A stretch of 63,875 nt of DNA, the filler included, from Dicyema japonicum (lineage: Eukaryota; Animalia; Dicyemida), in the NCBI GenBank assembly GCA_011109175.1. It is 6 parts of 6 records of this genome, joined end to end, with 100 filler letters (N's around TTAATTAATTAA, not from the genome) between each part and the next. Parts side by side here need not be neighbours in the genome. Positions count along the whole stretch, not along the records: positions 48,189 to 58,028 come from RDEW01000080.1; positions 58,129 to 62,632 come from RDEW01000166.1; positions 62,733 to 63,875 come from RDEW01000002.1; 3 more parts are not named here. The stretch is one strand, 5' to 3'. A model generated the notes under the pieces. It was not told the DNA's origin, searched no databases, and was given only the letters and a program-made list of their open reading frames with translations. This document shows positions 52,850 to 63,875 of this stretch, piece by piece (within the stretch, counting starts at the first letter, position 1; every line of letters starts with the position of its first letter). Made by a program: the position numbers and the translations under genes.

Positions 52850-53950
52850 TTTGGTTGAGGTGGTGACGTCCCTCTATAGCACATATGTCTTTCTCACGTC
52901 TAATATCTAACTGCTTTTTTTCTGTAGGTACCCTGAATGTAAGAGGACTCAATCCAACATACAAGAAGCTTTAGCTGTCACGTGATTTGGATCACTATAA
53001 GGTATCAGTATGCTGCCTACAGGAAACAAAAATAACTGACAACACATGCATGCGGGTGGGAAATTATCATTTGATTACCCTTCCAACAACGTGTCGTCAC
53101 TATGGACTTGGATTTGCTATTCATCACACATTGTATAGTCGTATATCTCGGATGTGGGTCGTTACATACAGGATTGCGGTACTGCAAATCCGGTAGGGAA
53201 GCAAACCAAACTTTACAGTGACAATCATCAACATATACGCCCCGACTTGAATCAGGGCATCTGCCAATCCAGAAGAACTAGACGAATTCTACTCTGCCAT
53301 CATAAGGGTTTACCACACTCTCAGTTCTTCATATTTTTGCTTAATTGCCGGAGACTGGAATGCCACAGCAGGAAAAGCCAGATCTGGAGAAACTTGTATC
53401 GGATCTCATGGAAGAAATCGGCGAAACACGCCCGGAATGGCATTAAACCACTTTTTCACTTCCTTGGATCTGTTTTTGTGCAATGCAATACGGCATTCCG
53501 TCACCCAGCGAGACACAAGACGACGTGGACTGGAACTAGGAAAAATTTACAAGGAAATTACATAAAAATATATAATCAAATTGACTACATACTATGCAGA
53601 CGAGGTCACAAACATCTCCTCGTAGACTCCAGGTCATATGGAGGATTAGAGACACATAGTGATCATAAAATTGTGGTTACCCGCATTGGACTATACAAAG
53701 TCCATAACCAAATGAAAACACCTTCCAATAAAAAGCAGGAGCAATATGATATCCAATTATTACATGACAAGTCAACTCAACAGAAATATGCGTATCAACT
53801 AAATCTTGAACTCAATGATATCGACGAAACTAAACCTGTTCATGTTATTTGGGACAAAGTCACAAAGTCGATAAAAGGTACAGCATGTGATGTGTTGGGA
53901 ACTATTACAAAACCCCGTAAATTTTACAATCATGATATTTGCGTCCTATA
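52850..53950 (+). mobile_element. RTE-clade LINE 5' end and APE domain
   Basis: GTLNVRGLN; CCLQETKIT; CNTAFRHPARHKTTWTG...NQIDYILCR...SRSYGGLETHSDHKIV. Leader motif GGTGGTGACGT.CCTCT.TAGC shared with about 9515. Confidence 0.88.
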
Positions 53951-54169
53951 AGAAAGGGCTTTTCTGTGCGAGTGAGACTGATTCTGATGTCGAACTGCTT
54001 CTTGAGCAGATGCGATAACGTTGCTTACGTGTTTGCTGAAGATATTGAGATAAAAATACAAAACAATAATATTTTAAGAATATTAAATAAATAATAAAAC
54101 ATTGTTCTTTTTAATTAATATTGCTAATTTAATTTTATCTGGAAAATTAAGTAATTTTAAAATGACTCT

Positions 54170-55365
54170 TGCTGACGTGTAACTAAAGGAGCCATCCATC
54201 TACTAACAAAAGAGGATGAACTCTCCAGAGTCACGGAGAAACTCTCCTTACTCGATGGTTATACAGCGTTCTTCCTTTTGAAGAATTGCATCGGCTTGCC
54301 CAAACTCCTATATGCTCTCCGATGTTCTCCCTGCTTCAAACATCGTGACATCCTTCTGTCACTGGATAGGACATTGAGAAAATCATCCGAATTGTTTCTA
54401 AACATCCACTTTGACGTGCCGAGTTGGAATCAATGCAAGCTTCCTACACACCTCGGAGGCAATGGTCTCAAGTCAGCGTTGGAGATCGCCTTTCCAGCAT
54501 ATGTGTCATCGCTCTTAAGCGGAACCCTTTTGGTCCAAGATATCCTACGTTTCCCAACCTGACTTTCTTGGGAAAAACCATCGACGAAGCTCGTCGCGAA
54601 TGATGTGAAACTGGTTTGGATATGCCGAACGATCCTTCAAGGCAACGTGATTGGATCTACTCCAAGAATATCTTCGACGTGCTAAAGCCTGAGGCCAACC
54701 AGCATCGTCTTGCATGCCTCGTGTCCGCCGCCAACCATGGGAGTGGAGCGTGGCTAGATGCATTTCCGTGTTCCTCCCTGGGGACCCTTTTGGACGATGA
54801 CTGTATTCGGATTGGGATCGTACAACGCCTGGGAGTTGATGTTTGCGTCGAACACCAATGTCGCTGTGGAGGGATTGTCGATGCCAAAAGGCTTCACACG
54901 CTTTCGTGCAAAAGAAGTGCGGGCAGAGCACCCGGCCATGCATTGTCATGCGAGCTCTTGAAGCGGCAAGCTTCCCGGCAGTACTGGAGCCTGTGGGATT
55001 GGACCACGGAGATGGGAAAAGACCGGATGCGTTAACTATCTTTTTGTTCACTGAGGGAAAATCGCTCGTATGGGACTTCACTGTTGTGGATTCTTTTTCG
55101 AACTCGATGATACTCAGCTCGGCGCAGTCTGCTGGATCGGCAGCCGATCTGGCCGAGAAAATCAAGATTAAAAAATATGGCGAAATTGGAGACCGCTAGT
55201 GACGTCTGGTGCGGCGGAAGTATTACAGCCTTTTTCCTAAAGGAAATCGAGGGGAAATTGGCTCACCGCAAGAAAGACGTACGTCTGGCTGACGCAACGA
55301 ATTGGTATCGCAGTTGTCCGCGGAAACGCTTACTCCGTGATGTCAGCAGCCGCTCTCCCCCATAG
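54170..55365 (+). mobile_element. CRE-like LINE 3' half
   Basis: IGLPKLLYALRCSPC; QCKLPTHLGGNGL; LHTLSCKRSAGRAPGH; EPVGLDHGDGKRPDALTIFLFTEGKSLVWDFTVVD; LVSQLSAET-like terminus. Confidence 0.9.
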
Positions 55366-55849
55366 TTAATAAATAATATTATATTGTTAATAAATTTTTT
55401 ATAAAAAAAGTTAAAATCGTTAATATTTTAAAATCATAACGTAGCAAAAATCCGGGGTTATTTAAAAAAATCCACTCAAATGAATTGAGTGGCATTTTAA
55501 TGATATTTTATTATTTTTAATCAACAAAAAACTTTATTAATATTTAAAATTAAAAATTTTATTTTATTTCTGCAAATGGTTTTAAGCTTCACGTTGAGCA
55601 TAGATGAGTTGCGCCAGATATTCGAGTATCTCGATGGGTCGCTTTCCAAAAAATGTAAACAGCGTATTTGGAGGCTTGACACTTTGCTAGTTTTCGAGGA
55701 TGATGAAGTCAATTTCAGAGTAATTCGATTATAATAGGATTAAGGAATAATCTATTTCAGCAATTTTTTGTGATGAAATAGCAGAGCCGAAACAACGATT
55801 TTTGTAGTATTTTTGTCTATAATTAGTAGAATCAACATAATTTTGCTCA

Positions 55850-56720
55850 TATGGGGAGGATCATTTATTCAGTTATTTAAGAATAAAGATCTACAATTTA
55901 ACTCTTTTCGGAGTTGCAAATGTTGTGAAAAAATGTGTCTTGTCAGACCAAATGGCTGACTAAGACGAGGCCTCCAATTACGGCAATTATTGCAGAATAT
56001 TCGCGTGATAGATATATAGCTGATCTGGTGGATGTGAGAAGATGAACTTTTTTTCACGCATGGACTACTTATTATGCTAGAAACAGACAATTGTCTGAAG
56101 TTCTGAAACTCATTTCTCAGAGAAATTTTGTTACAGGCTAAATATTTTTTTATATCTAACTCAATTTATTAACAATCATAGGGAAGAGCGGCTGCTGACA
56201 TTAAGGATTAAGCGTTTCCGCGGTCAACTGCAATCCAAATTTGTTGCCTCAGTCAGACCGTTTCCCGCATATTGAATATATTTTTGGAAGACTGCGAACA
56301 CCGTGTGTTCAAGGCCAGGTTGAGAGGTATCACTTATATAATACGTATAGGTTAAATCAGTTTCAGATATTGAAAGAACTCTTATACGTCACAATTTTCG
56401 GATGAAGGCTTGAATAATTTACTGCAGTATTGAGATAAAGGATTATCGATGAAAGGGATTCTACCAGAAGACATACGTTGCTAGCTGCAGAAAAAAGCGT
56501 AAAAAAGAAGCTGGAAAATGATGAAGAATCATTGAATGTTGGGGATAAAGTTATTCTACGGATGGACAATGATTTCAATCCATCGACGAAAAGGTGGTTT
56601 ATATGAGCACCTGCACACTAAAATTTATCAAGTAGTGGATATACAAGAACACATGGTGCACATAGATGGTGGTAACTCATAAACAACGATAGACTACCAA
56701 AGCAGAATAAAAGATTGTTT
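55850..56720 (+). mobile_element. Ginger-like integrase remnant
   Basis: VVKKC.LCQTKWLTKTRPPITAIIAEYSRDRYIADLVDVR; FGRLRTPCVQGQVER; LNVGDKVILR. Confidence 0.7.
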
Positions 56721-56789
56721 TAAATGACTGTCCATTCTAGAAAGAATTTTTATCTTTTTGACTTGATGTGGAGTTAGATTTAGCTGTTG

Positions 56790-57070
56790 ACTAGGAATAA
56801 GGTTTAGAGTTTATATTATTAATGATTATGGTTAATGTTAGATATTGATTAGGGTAGAGATTACAATTAGATATTCTAAGGAAAGGCATTAGTTTTGATA
56901 TGGATAAGGGATAGGGTTCAAGATGTGGTTTAGGTCGAGTGATAATATTCAGGGTTTAATAATAAGGGTTAGGGCTTAGAGTAAGTCTTAAGGTTCAATT
57001 TTTATGTTTGAGATTAGCTTATAAAAAGGTTAGGGATCGGATTATACTTAGGAATGGGTAGGGTTAAGAA
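56790..57070 (+). repeat. Degenerate TTAGGG-like array
   Basis: Strand-biased G/T-rich stretch with TTAGGG, TAGGGTT, AAGGGTTAGGG, GGTTAGGG and TTTAGG variants at roughly 6-nt rhythm. Confidence 0.5.
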
Positions 57071-57559
57071 TAGAATTATTGTTTATATTAAAAGTTAATT
57101 TTCTCTTTAGTTTTTTTTAATTTTTTAATAGATTATAGGATATTAATTATAATAAGTTTGTTCTTGTTTGGATTTTATCACATTTTTCATGATTAATTGT
57201 GATCAGACATCAAATGCAATTTAAAAAATTGATAAATTTGAATAAAGTCAGGAAAAATGTTATAAAAATGCGAAAAAATTAGATGGAATTCCACGTACGG
57301 ACGATGACAATAAATATTTAAATTTTAAAAATAAAAATTTTATTTTTAAATAATATTTTATTGTTAATAAAATTTTGGAAAAAATAAAAAAAATAAAAAG
57401 TTAATAAAGTCAAAAAAGTCAAAATTTTGGGTAATAATAAAAAGGTCAAAATTTAATTTTTAGGTCAATAAAGTCATTTTTATCGATTTTTATTTTTTAT
57501 TTTTCGAGTTTTTAAATAAAATACTAGTTAGGGATCAAATATTATCATTCACTATGTTG

Positions 57560-58028
57560 CCGCGTTCAATCAAAATGACATTGAAAAGATCAACTCTTTT
57601 AGAAAATATCCTGATGAATTTTCTATCAACTCTCAAGGAAATCTTTTTTGGAATTTATGTGGGACATTTGTAACTATGGATTAACTTGACTCTTTTCACA
57701 GAGGCCAACTAAGAAAACTCCTTTGATGCCTTTGGAGAAGGAAATCTCAAACAATAAACTGACTAATAAGTCTAAACGTACTTGAAGCACTCTTGCGCCT
57801 TTTTGGACATATTCTACTGATGAATGAACAGACACCATGCAATGCTGCCATGGAAGAATTTTTCGGCCATACTGTATTTCCTGCATTTAGAGGACGTCCA
57901 AGAAGTTGTCTTTCAAAAATACTCGCAGACGATAACGCAATGATCGAAGGCCAACTGATGGATGCGGACAATCTGGACGAAATCAGAAAACGAGCTCGAC
58001 AACGGAAAGGATAATCGAAAACATGACA
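57560..58028 (+). mobile_element. RTE LINE 3' remnant
   Basis: Colinear with about 11680-12065 (ATAAGTCTAAACGTACTTGAAGCAC...); RLFGHILLMNEQTPCNAAMEEFF. Confidence 0.75.
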
Positions 58029-58128
58029 NNNNNNNNNNNNNNNNNNNNNNNNNNNNNNNNNNNNNNNNNNNNTTAATTAATTAANNNNNNNNNNNNNNNN
58101 NNNNNNNNNNNNNNNNNNNNNNNNNNNN

Positions 58129-59020
58129 AATTTCATTAACGTGCGCATTATCGCGCTCAATGGAGAAACTCGTACTCTGGAAAATTAAACCCCATTTGCC
58201 CGACTGCCACTTTCAACGTGGTTTCAAATGTGAGCGTTCAACTACGACACATTTGACTTCACTGTCTCAATTTATATCAGAAGGCTTCAACGAACCGAAA
58301 CTCCATCTACGGACAATAGTGGTCTCCCTGGATATCCAGAAGGAGTTCGATTCTGTTTCGAGAACATTATTCACGAAAAAGGTTTTTGACACAACCATTC
58401 AGCCGGATTTGAAAAGATGGATAGCCAATTTTCTTTCCGGAGGAAGAGAACGTGTCTGTATAGGCCAAGAAGGATCGAAGTCCCGTCTCCTACCAAATGG
58501 CGTCCCTCAAGGATTGCTTCTCTCTCCGGCGTTATTCAACTTATTCCTCAACGATTTACCCTGCCCTGGAGGACCAGATTCAATGCTTCTCACTTATGCT
58601 GACGACCTAATCATCGCTAGCAGGAACAAATACGTGGGTACAGCAAAATCAGAGCTTCAGTCACATATTGACGACCTGGGAGCCTGGTTGAAGTTGAATC
58701 GTCTCTCCATATCCAGGGAGAAATCAACGTATACAATCTTCACCACGGACAGAAAAGAAAAACATACACTGGATTTGAACATTTATGGAGATTCCTTATC
58801 ATTACAGATTAGTCCTACTATCCTGGGAGTGACATTTGACCTTTTGATGACATTTTCTCAACATGTGAAGAACGTTATGACAAAGGGTCTCAGGAAACTA
58901 AATATAATCAAACCGCTCTTAAAGTCTAGGCCGTCACAGGAATGCGCTGTCGTCTTGTTCAATCACCTCCTAAAACCGACGATTGAGTATGCTTGAGCCT
59001 CATGGGCCTATAGAGTTTCG
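58129..59020 (+). mobile_element. I/Jockey-like reverse transcriptase, 278-aa open frame
   Basis: SLDIQKEFDSV, NGVPQGLLLSPALFNLFLNDLP, TYADDL, ILGVTFD. Confidence 0.92.
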
Positions 59021-59539
59021 ATATCAAATTCATTTCCTAATTGGAAAACTGGCACGTCTAACGAATCTACCCCCGATCTTTTCACCCCAATGCTTGACCA
59101 CGACGCAATTATAAATAATGGCTCCGGCTTCATCGGTCTGTGTGGCCAAGAAACAAGTCGCTTTTTCCATTCAATGCTAGAGGCCTCAAATACACGAAAT
59201 TTAAGGGAAAATATTCATTATTCGTGAGTTATACAAGAAAGTAATCCATATTTAAGGGACTAAATATGATTGTGGTGATGTCCTTCTAACACATTTCATG
59301 TCTTTATCGCTTTGTTAAAAATTTTCATCTTTAAATCTTGGTTTATTCAGCAAGATGTAGACTTTTCTTGAATGTGGTGTACCCGTCTGCTCCCTGAAGA
59401 GACCAAATGGATCATGAATATTAGTAAGTAAAACTTAATGCTCATCAAATCGATCATTCTTAACGTGGACTTAGTTTTGCATACTCAANCCCCCTTTACG
59501 GAGAAAAAAAGAATTTTTCAATTTTGTCATAAAATTTTT

Positions 59540-60240
59540 TTTTGTGTTGCAATGAGGGTTTGATTTACTTGCATTGTACATGTCCTTGAGAACTATGAAT
59601 AGAATTTCTGGGACTTCTTAAAATATCCTGGCTTTGATGAAATCACTGCCCGGACCTTTATTCTTGATGGCTCTTATTGCCATCTTCAGCTCATCTACAG
59701 AGGTCTCTACAAATGCCGTTTTCCCCGACACTGGTCATAATAAAGATTCTCTGAGATGACATCATCGCCCACATCAAAAATCTTTTTAAGTTGTGTCTCA
59801 AAAACTAGAAGTATTTCTTCAGCATAGTACAAGCTTTCCGGTTTCTTTTTTTAAATTTAAAGCCAATTTATTAAGAAAAAAGTGAGCAAATTGTCATATA
59901 GCGGTCGCCTTGACTGCTTGGCTCACGGCAAGTGGAACGAACAAAAAATCGTTGGGTAGGACCTTGTACTTTGACTGTTCCTGTTTCTTGACCACAATCT
60001 CGCTTACGATTGACTCTGGGCTCCTCACTATTTATTATACCTTCTAGAAAGAAGGATTGTGGTTGTTTAGCTTCATTAGTTTAGAGTTCCACTTATTCTC
60101 ATTTCAAATTCTGAACCGTTTCGCGATTTTGTGAGACAAGGCTAATCGGTCTTATGGATCTACACATCTCCTCAGTTTAGTCCTTAGACTATTTCTTTTT
60201 AACATAATCTTCTTGTTGTGCCAGAAAATAGAGACAGTAT
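59540..60240 (-). mobile_element. RTE-like linker/RT N-terminal remnant
   Basis: Minus strand SVDELKMAIRAIKNKGPGSDFI (cf. E...AI..LKN.KAPG.D.I). Confidence 0.6.
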
Positions 60241-61279
60241 CATCGTTTNTCAATGCTAATTTCAAAAACTTTCCACTTTAATCATTTCTAGTCACTAATA
60301 CAAGATCCCAGAGATGGGGGACAATGGGAGACACCAGGTAAAACAATCAAATCTTGATTTTTCAAACTGCTTATTCAAAAACTCTTTTTACAATTGCAAT
60401 AATAAAATATTTATTTCAAGTCTCCTAAGCACATGCGGGATAAAGAATCAGCAGAACACCACAACAGTCGGTTAACCGAAATAAGGACACGTGCACAACA
60501 AATGCGGGCTGACGAATCAGCAGATCAGTCGGTTAACCAAATTTAGAACACATGCCCATCAATTCCGGGCTGTGGAGGTCCCAGAAAAAACTAACGTCGA
60601 AACTCGCGACAAGCCCTCCGCAGGAGCTAGACCATGTGCACGTGGACTTAATCATTTTTTATTCATTTCATGAATTGACTGATTACACAAATTGACTGCA
60701 TTATATACTTTGCCTGATATGATTATCCGCAGCAAGAGTGGCAGGACTAGATATAGCCTCTGTCTCACAGATGACCGAATCGTCGAGGAACAGAGAAAGA
60801 TCATAAGGGTAGCCAAAAGCCCAGACACATCTCTCCATGAAGCACTCTCAAGATACATCGCAAAGCATCGAAAACCGTGACCAATGAGGCGGGCTACAGT
60901 AGACAACCATATTACTTCGAAATTCACATTTGTTAGATCACCAACTCAATAATCTTTGATTTATCTATAAGGTTCACAGATATTCATTTTAAGAAATCCT
61001 TCGTTGAGCTTTGGCAAAATTTAAGGGACAACTCCCAAGCTCTATGCTAAAATCAAATTTATGAATTCAAAGCTTGTCCCATGAAAATTTTCCCAAATTT
61101 TGTGGGTTCTTAGGAAAAAAGGCTGGGAAACGCTGTGCTAAATAATTTTTTAGTTTCGAGCTAAGAATGACGATTTCGAAGTGAGATGTGTTTATTTCAT
61201 CAGAGATCTCAGATGGAAAGGAGATTGGAAGTTTAAGAGTTTGCTAGGAGAAATAAAATAAACTAAAGAATTCGAAAAA

Positions 61280-61680
61280 CATGCCTTGCCTTGAAGATGA
61301 GATAGCTGTTATTAAGAGATGATGTTATCCTCTTCTACAGTCTCACGTCCCTTATCAAATGCAACTTGCCTGACGTCCCTAACAAAACTCATTTCTGATG
61401 GCCTACAATGTAAACACAATGATTCTGACATTCTTGGGTGACATAATCCTTGCATCTAGAGGCCAATGTGTCCAGAAAGTCATCATCTGTTAGACCTGTT
61501 CGATCACCTGAACAGATAGTTAGAGTCAAACTCATCATCTACAAGCGCGGAGAAATCTTGCATGCAATGTTAACCTCAAATAGAAGGCTAACCACTCACG
61601 CAATCTCTGATTCTCAATGACAACCAAATCCCATGTAGGGAGTTACTTCGGAATATGCAAATACACTCGACCCTCACAAA
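61280..61680 (+). mobile_element. Possible old CRE-like remnant
   Basis: CPESHHLLDLFD.L resembles the SPC...L..FD..L segment of other copies; weak. Confidence 0.25.
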
Positions 61681-61779
61681 TTGACCACATTTTAAAAATT
61701 TTTTTAGAAAAAATCCTATTCTCCTTATTTTTAAAAATAAAAATTTAATTAACACATGTCTTATAATTTCTCTCGTGGA

Positions 61780-62632
61780 CGCTATACTCGGATACTTTTA
61801 ATGAAAAAACTCAAATTGTTAATTATAAAGAAGAAAATGATGATATTTCGTGCCAGCGATTAGCTGATAGATTCTCAAGCAGTTCCGAAAGGATAATATC
61901 TAAAAAAACAATAAATAATCTTTTACTGAAGAAGGACACTATTTTGAAAGATTCAAAAAATTATCAACCGACTGAGTTACAACTCAGTAATTTCAAAAAT
62001 TCTAATTGATTCTTGGATAAATTCAAAGAGACACGGATTCAGAATGCGCAAGTTATACGGGAAAATGCAAAAAGATGAATCTGTCGACGTTAAATCCTTT
62101 CTTGAAGAATTTAAAAAAATTTCAAAAGCATATAAACCCGACCAAATCTATAATCTGGTTGAAACTGGGTTTTGCTATAAGCTCATTCCATCGAAAAGCA
62201 TCTGCAAAAACCGATTTCAAGGTTACAAAAATTTTAAAGACCATTTCAATTATGCCATGTTCAAACGCATAAATTGAAACCAGTGATGACTTTAAGACCA
62301 AACTGCCTCGATGTTTTCGCAATTATGCCTACAGATGCTCCTGCCATAGTTCACAAAGAGCTTGGATGACTGGATCCATATTTATGGATTGGCTGATTAT
62401 TTTTTGTATTCAGCTCAAGAATGAAAAAAACGATTTTTTCTATTGATTTAAAACTGCCCTGCGCATTGTATCCCCCCGAACTTGGAATATATAAAAATAT
62501 TGTTTCTTCCTAAAAATACTACGGGTTTGCTTCAACACACGGATATTGGTATTATAAAGTCTTTCAAGAGTAATTTTACCAGACGCAAGTTAATCTATTT
62601 TTTAATAACTCCAATAACGAAATTCTTGAAAT
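61780..62632 (+). mobile_element. Tigger/pogo (DDE_1) transposase remnant
   Basis: YKPDQIYNLVETGFCYKLIPSKS (cf. IYN.DETGL); ILFLPKNTTGLLQHTDIGIIKSFK (cf. FLP.NTT..LQP.DQG.I..FK). Confidence 0.85.
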
Positions 62633-62879
62633 NNNNNNNNNNNNNNNNNNNNNNNNNNNNNNNNNNNNNNNNNNNNTTAATTAATTAANNNNNNNNNNNN
62701 NNNNNNNNNNNNNNNNNNNNNNNNNNNNNNNNGAGGATAATTTGGTATTCTACGTTAAATGTTAACTTCTTTACAAATTTTAATGTTTTTGAAAATATTC
62801 CGATCCTTTGAGTGGATGAATTCTCATTAAAATATTCAATTGTTTTCATTTAATTTTTAGGGACAGATGATATGCTTTT

Positions 62880-63345
62880 TAAAACAAAAAAGCAAATGCC
62901 TTGGCTTTTGGCTTCAAGTACGTTCAGACTTATTTGTCCACAATCAGTCTGTATAATCTATTGTTTGAGTTTTTCTTTGACCAAGAATTTCCAAGGAGTT
63001 TTCATAGTTGGCCTTTTGAAATTTAATTAATTAACCCCGGATACATTGTGAAAGAAGTTAAAGTAAACAACAAATTAAGTGTATCCAGTTTCCACTTCTA
63101 CAGAGACAGAGTCCATCCGGAATCAGCATAAAGGGTAAAAGACGTCCATTACATGCAGTTGTGGAAACCTTTATAATGGAATAGCAAATGATCCTTTTTA
63201 GTGCCGGCCTGCCACTGGGCGTCAACTAGACAGGTGGATCACAAATGACGCCATTTTAATAGGAAGAGAGAGGGGGAACATACGATCAAACAGATACTTC
63301 AATCAATTAACCACGCAGCACCACATGGCGCCACGTGGCTAATTT
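62880..63345 (-). mobile_element. Internally deleted RTE-related element: leader + short RT 3' remnant
   Basis: 63150-63345 is an inverted homolog of about 12475-12666. About 62910-62940 on the minus strand matches the RTE segment ATAAGTCT.AACGTACTTGAAGC. Confidence 0.55.
63189..63252 (-). ncRNA. Second copy of the candidate HDV-like ribozyme
   Basis: Minus strand GGCGTCA-TTTG-TGATCC-AC-CTGTCTA-GT-TGACGCC-CA...CACTAAAAA-GGATCA; P1 fully Watson-Crick. Confidence 0.5.
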
Positions 63346-63875
63346 AATTGTTCCTTATCTTTCTTTGATGTTCTCCAAGTATTAACTAAATTTTTAATTT
63401 AAAATTATTATTTTTTTAAATTAGTTAAATGATGAGTTAGAGTTGAAATATCTTTACTCAAATAACAAACTAAATTTCTGATTATCACACATTATGTAGT
63501 CTTTTTAGATATTAATATCTAATTTACTAATTTTCGTTAATTTGGTGGCAGTAGAAACACACCATTGGATGAGCAAATTATTAGCTCTTGACATTGAGGA
63601 TTTTTTCTTAATTTCAATAAAAGTAAGTGCATTATGTAGCAGTCCTTACAAGTTGGAAACAAAATCAACATTTTCCCTAAAAGGATGCAATCTTCTGATT
63701 CTTATCAAAGGGTGGAATCTCATTTCGGGAATTATGTGGTGTAATGGTATCAAGTGGTTTACAAAAAATTTAGAAAGTAAGTAGTTAATTCCTGACGAGT
63801 TTATTGATGAGGTGTTTCCCCTCATGATCGCTAGGGAATTTTACTGAATGATACATTTTTGTGGTTATCATGTCT

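Noticed and set aside
54545-55165. 206-aa minus-strand ORF, and similar antisense ORFs at 31803-32249 and 7250-7444
   Set aside because: Antisense shadows of GC-richer CRE coding sequence; no independent motifs.
60300-60930. GC-rich island with a repeated CAGTCGGTTAACC motif and short ORFs
   Set aside because: Probably a transposon end or LINE ORF1 remnant; no partner TIR or motif found to support a call.
12667-62732. TTAATTAATTAA palindrome recurring five times
   Set aside because: Always centred in exactly 44+44 N; an artificial six-frame-stop linker, not a biological motif.

Overview
AT-rich eukaryotic draft scaffold, not a prokaryote. Five 100-bp gaps carry a TTAATTAATTAA six-frame-stop spacer, so adjacency across them is not established. 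The window is mostly decayed transposons: non-LTR retrotransposons (CRE-like RLE-type, RTE-like, an I/Jockey/Ingi-like APE family with a degenerate 2A peptide, R4/Dong-like) and DNA transposons (Ginger-like integrases, hAT, Tigger/pogo). The only clearly identifiable host gene is a formin (GBD/FH3-FH1-FH2) with 22-30 nt introns. It is split inside an exon by a Ginger-like element with a 5-bp TSD. The strongest unusual signal is a near genome-length (about 2.7 kb) decayed narnavirus-like RdRp endogenous viral element at about 50.0-52.7 kb. Weaker candidates are Mononegavirales-like L fragments (8.4-9.2 kb, 41.3-43.4 kb) and a two-copy HDV-like ribozyme fold with an atypical L3/P1.1 in an RTE leader. 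All protein assignments come from manual translation and remembered motifs, with no database search. Most boundaries are approximate unless a TIR or TSD is quoted.
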